Assembly (NCBI GenBank): GCA_045577635.1
Contig: JAZNIS010000101.1
Span: 1 to 61,199 of the forward strand
Reading direction: 5' to 3'
Length of the DNA: 61,199 nt
Source of the DNA: Clostridia bacterium
GTDB taxonomy: Bacteria; Bacillota; Clostridia; Christensenellales; UBA1242
Numbering within the stretch: position 1 is the first letter of the stretch; the number at the start of each line of letters is the position of its first letter. Position numbers and translations under genes: made by a program. Shown in pieces: positions 46,501 to 58,500 of the stretch. Below the pieces are notes generated by a model that was not told where the DNA came from, searched no databases, and worked only from the letters and a program-made list of their open reading frames with translations.

Positions 46501-49500
46501 GATTTATTAAAAGTTAACTCATCATTAAGTTCTTATTATGTTTTAGCAAGTGATGTTGCTATTAGTAATGAGTGGGTTCCTATTGGAAAAACATTAACAT
46601 CGGTTCAACAATTCTCTGGTAATTTCTCTGGTAAATATGTTGTATATGATGAAAATGATGTTGTTGTTACAACTTCTTACTATTCAATTTCAGGATTAAA
46701 CATTAATAATAACGATTATGATTATTATGGGTTGTTTGCTTATTTGGGTGAAAATTCAAAAGTAAGCGATTTAAGTATTAACAACTTCTCTATTAGAGCA
46801 ACAATTTCACATGATAGAAATGTGTTTGTTGGTGCACTTGCTGGTTATGCCGAAGGTGAAATTAACAATGTAAGTGTTAACGATCAAAGTGGTGTTCAAG
46901 CATTTAATGGTTTATATTACGAAAATGCAACAGTTGGTGAAACAACTTCTGGTATTTATATTACTGCTGAAACAAACACTAATATTCATGCAAACTACTT
47001 TGTTGGTGGTTTAGTTGGTTTCTTAAACAACTCTGCATTACATTTAGCAACAACAGCTGTTGCAGATAGTGCAGGACATAAAGTTTTTGAAGGTTTAAAA
47101 ACACTTTATAAAGTTTCAGGAAGTGATTACGATTACTACAATAAACAAGTTGTTAACTCAAAAGCAATTGTTCAAATGAATGTTTATGTTAAAACAAATA
47201 ATGCAAGTTTTGTTGGTGGTTTAGTAGGATTTAACAACCGTGCAGTTATTACAGCTGATAAACAAACAGGAATTGTGTTTGGTAGCAACAGTGCACAAGT
47301 TGTTACAGCAATTAATGCAAACTTATCTCCACAAGAAACAGCATTTAACAATTATTCATCTTTTGGTGGTGTAGTTGGTTTTAACAATGGTGTAGTTGAA
47401 AATATTATTGCAAAAGCAAGTATTTTTGGTGTTTACGAAAATAGCACCGATTATTACAATATTAAAAATGTTGGTGGTGTGGTTGGTTATAATATTGGTT
47501 TAGTTCAAGGTAACAAATCATTCCCACTATTACAAGGTTACATTAATGTTGGTGGTGTGGTTGGTAAATCTGCAACAGCAATAGTAACATTAAAAGTTAA
47601 CGGAAACGATAAAGAATTTAAAAATGGTAAAATGGCTGTTGGCGATGGCTTATTTACAATGGTTGATTCTGTTGAATATAACAAATATTTCCGTATTCAT
47701 ATTGAAGAATTTGAAACACAATCATTGTCTGGTGAAGATTTCCTAGATTTAATGGAAGATTATTTAGGGGATTTATCAAAAGCAGAAACAGTTTATAACA
47801 ACTATTATGCTGGTCGTGAAGGCGATTACTATTATGTAATTAAAATATCTGATCATGATATTTTTGATACAGATCCAAAAATTAGTTATTCTTATTCTTA
47901 CAACACAAGATATGTTGGAATTGCTAGTGAAGATAGCTATGATTATTTAGTTTTAGAAGAAATTGCTGTAATTTTAGGTAAATATAAATCAAACCACATT
48001 GAAAATAACAGTGTTGAATTCTTACAATTAGATGATAAAGTTAAAATTTACAACTCTGCAATTGTAGGTTTTGATAATATTGGTGGTTTAGTTGGTGAAT
48101 ATGTAGGTTTAAGTGCTCCTCTTAATGTGATTGAAGTTGGTTCAGATAAGGCAACAGCCGGACAAGTAACCTTTACTGCAATTGCATATAACACTGTTCA
48201 CAACTATTCATTAAAACCTGTTGAACAAAAATCCGGAACCGTTGGTGGTAACGGATTCTATGGAAACATTTTACTTTCAAATGCACACTATTTTAGAGTT
48301 GATAAATTAAACCGTAACTATGCTGGTGGTTTAGTTGGTAAAATGTCTAACGGTTCAATTTTCTCTAACCAAGTATTTGCATCTATTCAAGGCGAACTTG
48401 CTGGATTAGGTGGTTTAGTTGGTAAAGTTGAAGGAACCACAAACATTTCAAATTGTAGTTTCGTTGGTGCAATTATTAACCGTGATAGTGCAGCAACTGC
48501 CGAAGTTAAACCTGCAACAGGTGGTTTAGTTGGTGATTCATTAAAAGCAACAACATTATTTGCTCACTCTGGTTATGCTAGTGCAACCGATGAAGAAGCT
48601 TATAAATATTCAAGTAGTTGTGTTTGGTATTATTCAGTTAACCCTAAAAACCAAATTTCTTGGGTTGCTGGTGACCACAACAATATTGCTTCATGTTACT
48701 TTAAAGCAAAAGATATAAATGGTAACTACATTAAAACATATGAAGATACAACCGATCCTGAATATGAATATAAAAAATCTATGGGTTACATTGGTGATAG
48801 CCGTGTAGAACTTGATTACACATATTATCATAGCGATGGAACTAAAAAAGAATTTGTTGTTGATGGCTTTACATACACAACAAAAAAAGTTTGGGTAGAT
48901 ACACTTTCAGCAAATGAAAAAAGCTGTCCAGATTGTAATCCTTCATTTGTATTTGATGAAGACGAAATTGACGAAACAAAATTAACAGAATTTATTGATG
49001 ACAACAAAGCATATCGTTTTGTTGGTGAAGATTTAAATGGTGATGGTTTAGTTGATGCTCACACAGGTGTTGATTATTCAAATAAAACACTAGAACAATT
49101 TAAAACAGCATATTTAAATCAAACATCTTGGTATGTAAACGAATTAATTAACGATGGTTTACCTGTAATTTTAAGTTCAAACAAACTTACTCCAACAGGT
49201 ACAGATTCATATAAAATTAGTTTACTTGCTAATTTCCCACCAACCGATATTGTTTTAGAAAATAAAGAAAACAAAATTGATACATTCATCAAAAATTTAC
49301 CAGATGATTTAAGTTCGGTTGTTTATTACTATGGTTTAGATAGTTCAAACTATAAAACCGGAACCGATACATTAAACTTTACATCTACAAATTCTGCTGA
49401 TAAAATTTCAACATCAACAGCAGAATTAAATGCTCAACTTTTAAAACAAAACTCTTATTCATTAGATGAAATTTTAACTTTATCAAGTATTCCAACATTT

Positions 49501-52500
49501 ATTGATGGTAATAGTTTTAAAATTAAATCTTCAAATAGTTCAGTTTTAAGTGTTGAATTTGATAATTCAGGAAATGTTAAATTTGTTGCTAAATCTGCTG
49601 GTTATGCACTATTAACAATCACATCTGAATACAATGTGTCATTATCTAAAACAGTTGCAGTAAATGTAGCAAATGCTAGTGACGAATTAAAATTGGGTTA
49701 TTTTGAATCAGGACAACAAAAATATGTTCAAGATAATCAAGTGTTAGTAATAAATAAAAGCACAGAAGAAAAACAAATTACATTACCTGTAAGTTCAAAT
49801 TTAAGTGCTAATCAAATTTTCAATGGTAATTCATTCCCAGAAGTTACTGAAAGCTTTAAATTAATTTCAAACCGTAACAGTGGTGTTAGATATTATTTTG
49901 CTGGATTAACAACATCGGGTGGTGGAACACCATGTCCAACAATTTACTATGCTACAAACGATATTGAAGGTTTAATAAATAGCATTCAATTAAAAATTAA
50001 CAATTTAAAATTTGGTTACGAATATATTGGTCAAATTGCAGGTGCAACTCCAACAAATTATTACACTGTTTATATTGATGTACCTTATGGCACAACAGCT
50101 AACTTTGTTGGAATTGAAGAAACTCTTAACGATATAACATTAATTTCAGTGCCTTATCTTGTAACAACATCTGCTAAGGGTGAAACAAACAAAATTTTAC
50201 TTGCTAATTTAGGCGATTATGATGATGGTGTTTTACTAACAGAAGGTGAATTAAGAGGTGTGGCAGTTCCTGCTGAAAACACTGTTGTATTAAATCAAAA
50301 CAGATTTGATGTGGCTAGTTATGACTACACACAATATACAGCTGATTATATTTCTAATTTAGAAAGTTTAATCACAATGTTTAAGGTTAGAGTTACAAAA
50401 GCAACTTGGAACCTTACAAAAGATAAAGATGCTATTGCAAACGATGTTAAAACCGAATCTTCATTTAACATCACAATTGAAACAGATAAAGACGATGAAG
50501 AACTTTATTTGGCATACTTCCACAGTTTTGGTTCTGAAAGTGTAGAAAGAAAAATTTCATATACTAATTTATTTGCAAACCTTGGTGGTGAAGTTAATGT
50601 AGGAAACATTACATTACAAGGAAATAATAAAACCATAACAAGTGTGGGAAATAAAAATTATGTTAACTATAACTTCACTGTTTTAGTTAAAGATGAAAAC
50701 AAGAATAATGTTCAAGATGTTGTTTCAACCACATTTAAATTCTTTGTTGTAAAATCAGATGCTGTGTTGGAAACAGATGCAAACGGATTTATTAACAATG
50801 CAATTTCAAGTGTTGTGGAATCTAATATGTTACTATCTTTACCTGTAACACTTACTCCACAAACAATCACTGAAATTGATTTAAAACATTATCCTAACAG
50901 CGAAAGCAAAGTTATAATTGATGCTATGGGTAATAAAATTACCGAAATCAACTTAAACGAAATTGCTTACGAAAACATTATTCCTGGTAATGTTGGTGTG
51001 TTAAAAGCATATATTTCACCATATTATGCTAGTTACGATGAATTACACATTATTTCAAGTGTTTCAACAGGTTCGGTTGTTCTATTTGAACAATTAATGG
51101 CAAGAACAACTGAAACAGCTGCTGGTTTAATTTATAATGGTTCTTACGAAACATTAATTGTATCTAATAACAAAGTAGAAAATGGTATTAAGTTAGTTAA
51201 AGTTTCAAATATCAATCAAGATAGAGAACAAAATTATGATGGTAACATTTACATTAGAACAATGTTAAACAGCTTTAAATCAGAAGCAGATAAGTTCACT
51301 CTAACTATTAGAGCATATAAAAATGGTGTATTAGTTAAAGAAAAACCTATTGTGTTAGATGTTCAAACACCACCATCATTAAACTTATCAGTTAATGGTG
51401 CTGATTCTGCTCCTATTGCAAGAGGTACAGAAGTTAAATTTGATGCACAACTTACTGATATTAATGGAAACATTGATTTTAGTGGTAGTTATATGTACCG
51501 CATAAATTCAAATGGTATTGAAGTTAAAGTTGGTTCAATTAATGCTGACTTTATGGTTAAAAACAATTCAGGTGTTTACTCTGTTTCTGTTAATAACGAT
51601 GTTGCAAGTGACCGTTACATTAAAGTAGTGGGTACTGTAACAAAACAAATTAATGGCGAAACAATTACACATTCTGATTATATTACTTTACATGTTACTG
51701 ATTTTGTAATTGAAGAAATTTCAGTTGAAAGTGTTACAAATGGTAACTTTGTAGGAATGTTTAACCAACCATATTCTTTAATTGTTAGAATTAGCAAGGC
51801 AACATATAATCCTGCAAATACAGACACAGTTAAAGAAAAAATTAAAAAGTTAGAAGCTGATTTCTCAAGATATTCAGAAACAGATTCAATTTTACAAACA
51901 TGGAAACTTGTAAAAACATTACAGGGTGTAGGAAGTGCTACTCGTTATGCTTCATTAAAAGTTGGCTTTAACGGAAACGATAGTTTCGTTATTGGAACTA
52001 GGGTTGAAGAAGCTTTGGGTAATATTCCTGTTTATACCTTACAAAACACAAAATTTGGTAGTGGTGATATTTTAGCTGCTGTGGTTCAATTTGTTTACAC
52101 CGATCAAGGAATTATTCCTGTGTTAAATGATGCAGACAGAGTAACTTATTCAAGTAGCGAATATTTCTACGAAAAATCGTTTGAATTTGGTTTTGGATTC
52201 TATCGTATTAGAGATGAAGAAAGACCAGACCCAATTGAAACTGCCGAACAATTTAAACAAATGGCAGATGGTGTTGACTATATTTTAGTTAGCGACATTG
52301 TGTTAGAAGATTGGGAACCTTTCCGTGAAGATTTAAAAATTAACAGTTTAGATGGTAACGGATATGTAATTACAATTAAGAGCTTTAGTTTACCAACATA
52401 CACTGAAGGTCAAGCATTACTTGATTCAGCAAATATTGGTATATTTAGTAAAATTCATGCTGGCACAACAATTAAAAACTTAACAATTGAAGTTCCTTCT

Positions 52501-55500
52501 CAACAAAAATCAAATCAAATTGAATTAGCAACATATGATAATACAGCTGTTGACTTATATGTTGATGCTAGGGCTTATAAATCTGTTAACTTTGGTGTTT
52601 TAGCAGCAGAAAACTCTGGTTTAATTACAAACTGTCAAATTATTAATGATGCTGGTGCTTTAAGGGAAGAAAGAGAATTAACAATTGCTAGACAATATTT
52701 CTTAACCGATCCAAGATATATGGATTATAAAACATATGATGGAGGCGGAAACCTAGTATTTAATGAAGAACAATTCATTTTAGATAATTGGGATGTATTC
52801 CGTAAAGGTCAAGTTCAAAGATATGATGCGGCAGGCAAATTATATGGTGAAGTAACAGGTAGCGATACCGATAGACACTTATCTGTTGTTAGGGTTGAAA
52901 CAACAACAACAGTTGAAACACAAATTCACTATATGTCTGGTTTAGTTGCACAAAATGTTCTTGATGGTGAAACATCAGAAGTTGGTTATATAACAAATTC
53001 AAGTGTTGAAAACATTACAATTAATGGTGTTGGATATGTTTCAGGATTTGTTGCAAACAATGCTGGTAAAATTAGTTCATCTTACTTTAAAGGTGCAAAC
53101 ATTATTAACCGTGTTGCAGAAAACTATGCTGAAGCTGCTACTGCCGGATTTGTTGTTAAAAACAGTGGTGAAAAAGCTTCAATTCAATATAGTTACATTC
53201 AAGGCCGTTTAGGTGAAGGCGATAAATATGCAAACCCTAAAACAGGTGGTGGATTAACTAATGGCGATAAAACAGGATTAACTGCTGACAATAAAGCAGG
53301 TTTTGCTGGATATAACTATGCAAATAACGGTGGTAATGCATCAATTAGTAGTTTAAGAGCATTAAATGCACTTATCACAACAAAAACAAATGCTGCTGGA
53401 TTTGTTTATTCTAACGAATCAATAATTTCAAACAGCTATTCAAATATTATTGTAAACAGCTCAATGGGTACTAGTGGTTTCGTATTTACTAATGCTAAAA
53501 AAGGAACAATTTCATCTTGTTACTCATTAAGTAGTGTTAAAACAAACAGTTGGGATGCAAGCCCATTCACAGGTAGGGCAGCAACTCACGAATATAACAA
53601 CGAAAACCCAGATGGAATCGTTGATTGTCACTACCTAAAATTAGGTTCTGACGAAAACAGTTCTGCATTAGAAGTTGAATATGCAGAAGATTATTTGGAA
53701 GGAGACGAACCAGCAACTTCTTTAGGTTCTTCTCAATTTGGTGAATATAACACCTTCCAAAGTTATGCATTCAATACTGACTTTGAATTAAGTACAGCTG
53801 ATAAAGTTACTCGTGCAGTTTGGTTTATTCCTAACGATGCATCTTCTGATTTATATGAAGAACACTTCAAAAACACATTCTATGTAAGAAGTCGTCCTGA
53901 ATTAGTTGCTGCAAACTTAAGAACAATTTCTGTTAGAGTTTGGGTAGGAAGCGAAACTTCAAACGAAAACTCTTATACATATGTTTCAACAGTAATTGGT
54001 CAAGGAATTCATAACCCATTACTAGTTAAAACAGCCGAAGATTTCAACCGTTACTTAAATTATGAATCAACTATTGATGATAACGAAAGAAACTTTGCAA
54101 TTAGATTTATTTCAGACATTACATTTAACAAAACTGACTTAACAGCTCAAACCTATAATATGGATTATTATGGTGACCTTGATGGTAATGGTATGGATAT
54201 TAATCAACTTCGTTTAGTATCTGACACTGATTTTGAAAATGTTGAAACAGGTCAACCAATTACCGATTTAGGATTGTTTGGTAGAATTATCACTAAGGAT
54301 TTAGGAGATGAAAACTATCAAAGAGGTGTTGTAAGAAACATTAATATTGCTGTTTCTGAAGTTGCAGGTAGCAAAGTTATGAATGTTGGTGCACTTGCCG
54401 GTTCTATTGAAAATGCTGATGTATTTAATGTTAACATTTCTGGTGATGTAGTAATTCAAGGTAAAAACCTAGTTGGTGGACTTGCCGGAATTATTAAAGG
54501 TGATAGTGAAATTGTAAATATTACAAGTTCATTAAGTGCCAGAGCAGCATTCTTTAAAGAAACAAACCGTTTCAGCACAAATTTCCCAACCGAACTTCCT
54601 GCTGTTTATGGAACATTTAACTTGTATTATAGCGAACTTCAAGGTGATGAAGTTTCTAACTCTGACGAAGTAAGTTATGCTGGTGGTATTGCTGGTGTAT
54701 TTGATGTTAAAGAAAGAAGCGAAGAAGAAGGAATGAACCCATTAAGTTTATTCAATGCCAAAGCTCGTAGTTTACAAGTTACAGGTGATGTAACAATTAT
54801 CGGTGAAGTTGTTGGTGGTATTTTTGGATTAAACGGTCAAGAAGCAACAACAAGTGACTTATCGTTTATTGTTAAAGAAAACACAAATCCAAAACTTCGT
54901 GGTAGCCGTATTGTTGGTGGATTAGTTGGTGAAAACCGTGGTGAAATTGAAAGAAGTTATATTGCTCACGAATCAACTTTACAAGAAAAAATTGATCAAT
55001 CTTACAAAACAGGTATTGCTGGTGGAACTTACACAAATAGCAATTTAAATTACAATGATTTATATTCAAGTAATGCACACTACACAGGTGGTTTAGTAGG
55101 ATTTAATAATGATGGTAAAATTACCAATGCTTACTCAAAACTTAATGTTATAAATATGAACAGTATGTTTGCTGGTGGATTTGTAGGATTAAGTATTGGT
55201 GGCGAATATAATTTCTGTTACACTGTTGGTTCAGTTTCTGCATTTAGTTCAGCTGGTGGATTTATTGGTGCACAAGCACAATATCCATTCAACATTACCA
55301 AAACAGGTAGTGGCGAAAATGAAGTAATCACTTATTCTGCTAACACCAGATTTGCTAGATATATTTATTTTGAACCAAATTCAGAAAATGGAAAATCTAT
55401 TGGTAGTGGCTCTACAAAATTAGTTGGTGTAGTTGCTGCAAACTTATGGAGACCAGAAGATTTAGTTACTAACCGTACAACATTATATAGTGCCGAAGAT

Positions 55501-58500
55501 TTAAAAATTGGTACAATGATTGGTGTTGCTGTTATGGCAGATAACGGCTCTGGTAAATATCAATTAAGCGATATTATTGATATTGGTGATTTAACCGAAA
55601 GAAAGAAAAACGAAACAATCTTCTTTATGCAACCAGAAATTGTAAGCTTAAGACATAATGCAGTTTACAATTCAAATGATTTCTATAAATTAATGCCAGA
55701 AATTGGTGCATTTGAAGATAAACTTGGCTTTATTTATAATCAAAAGAATTTAACTCGTGATTACAGATTCTCAACTTCAGTAGATTCTGCAACCGATGGT
55801 GACACTTACAACGAAGCAGCAGATTCTTCTGTTATACAAGTTACAAGACCACAAGGTTTATCTGGTTATGCAGCAGAGCCAAAGAAAAATGAAGATAATG
55901 AATATATCGTAAATGGTGTTGCAGGTACCGGTGCAGGTTATACTTCTGCAACAGCAGATAAAAACTATTATCGTTATAGCCGTATGCAAAACATTGGTTC
56001 GGCTAGATCATTAAAAGAAATTATTACAACTCTTGATATCATTGAAACTGATGCTGCTGGAATGGGTGACCACTCATCTGATGACCTAGAAGGCAAAAAA
56101 GATTCTTATGATGATATTATTAACACTCCAATATTTAACACTTGGAATGTAAACCGTTGGACAGGTGTTAGAAAGGAAACTGCTGATGATCAAAACACAG
56201 TGTTCCCTTATTTGGAAGCAAAACCAGAAAAAACAAAAATTTTAGTATATCAAAAATCTGACCTTGAATTAATGTCTGTTTATGTTAATGCAGAATTCGT
56301 ATTAATGAACGATATTGATTTACAAGCTGATGGTCCAAGCAGTTGGGCTCCGGTAGGAACAAAAGCAATTCCATTTAAAGGATTGTTACATTCCAATGAT
56401 CGTCCAGCAACTCCTGGTGCAAATTGGCCTTATACTATTTACAATTTAAGTGTAACTAGTGCAGGTGCAGCTTATGCCGGATTAGTTGGTTATGCAGCCG
56501 AAGCAGAATTTAAAGATTTCAATTTATCAACAGCAAGTGTTGTTGTTGATGGTTCGGAAGATACTCCATTATTTGTGGGTTCTTTAGTTGGTTATGCATC
56601 TAGTGGTACAGTATTTGAAAATATTAAAATTTTAACCGATAATGCTAAATACAAAACACCAGATGGTGCAGCTTATGGTGCTAAATTAACAACAAGCACA
56701 GCAGCTTCTGTTGGTGGATTAGTTGGATTTAGTGATATGGGAACAATTAATAATGTTGATTTAAAAGATGTTGAAATTAACATTACAGGTATTGGTGACC
56801 TATCTAGGGTAGAATCTGAAAGACCAAAAACATTAGGTTTTGGTGGTGTTGCAGGTTACTTAACTAGTGCAGAGCCAGCAACTCCTATGGTTGCAGGTGC
56901 ATCTGTAGAAGGCACAATCAATCTAAAATCAGGAGCTACAGCAATTCTACTTCCAGACGATGCTAGATGTGGTGGTAGCACAGGATTCTCATTTGATGTT
57001 GGTGGTGTAATTGGAAGAAGCAACGATGCTGATTCTTCTCAAGCAAGAGTTCTAAATATAAGTAGTAAAGTAAAAATCACAGCAAACCTAAATGCTGGTG
57101 GAACAACAAATATTAGTTCTATTAACATTGGTGGTGCAATTGGTAAAGCACAAAACACATTGTTTACTGAAAATGAAGTTATTGATGATGAAACAACTGT
57201 TGTTACAAACATTTACAGAAACTTTGTTGAAGGTTCTGGCTCAACCGATATTGATGTAGATTTAACAAACTTTGCAAAAACTGCAGATTCTAGAACATCA
57301 ACATTTAATGTTGGTGGTGCAGTTGGTTCTGTTTATGCTAGAGATGCTGAACTTACAGCAACATATGTAACAGAATCGTTATCTCAAATTTCTGTTGGTA
57401 AAACAACAGCAGTTAAAATGACTGTTGATATTACAAATTCAACATACTTAAATTCAAATGTTGGTGGTGTTGCAGGTTACACTGAAAATGCCACAGTAAA
57501 ACACCTATATTCAAATGTGGACATTAATGTTACAGATGGTTCAGCAGGTGGTGCAACTTATGGTTCAACAATTATTGCCGGTGGTATAATTGGTAAGGTT
57601 GTTAACGGACAAAATATGTCAAACATGCATTCAGTAGGTATGGTATATGTTCATAGTTCATTAACCGGAACAATAAACAATAATGTTTATGCAGGTGGTG
57701 CTTTTGGTGATGTTTACTTAGGTGAAGTTGCCACAGTTCTACAAACAATTAATAAAGGTGTATCACAAGCAACTGTTTCTGTTGATATGGCTTCTTCCGA
57801 TAACGATGGAACAGTAATTGCAGGTGGCTTTATTGGTAGAATTTTTGGTGGTAAAGTAACTCAAAGTGCAAGTGTTGGAAAAGTTTTAATTCTAAACGGA
57901 AAACAAAACAAAACAAATTATGCTGGTGGTTTTGTAGGATTTATTAATATGCAAAACCCACAAATTGAAATTCCTGCTATTGCTGGTGGAGCAGTTGCTT
58001 CTACTCCAAATTTACTAGCTTTTGAAAATAACTATAGTTCAGCTGATTTACAATTAACTTCAATTTTTGAATCTGAATTAGATTCTTATGCAGGATTGTT
58101 TATTGGTAACATTTATTATGGTTATGAAGAAGGATTTAAACATTTAACATTAAAAAATAACTATACAATTGGTAAGTATATTTACACAGGAAATAATGCA
58201 GCAAATTATTATGATTCATTATATATTGAACGAAATAATAAAGGTGGATTCCTTGGTGGATATACCTATTATGCTGGTTCTGGTGTAAATTCAACCAATG
58301 TTGAAAGAGCTTCAAACCTTGTGTATGTAAACAATTTCTATAATAGCGATTTTGTTCCTTACACAAATGGTCACTTAAAAGGTTTATCAACAGAAGTTAT
58401 GTTATATAATGCAAATGCAACATTTGCAGAATTTAAAGATGTTAAAACAACTAGCGAAGCTGGTGCTGAAGTTTCAGTTTGGACAGTTGCTAATAACAAC

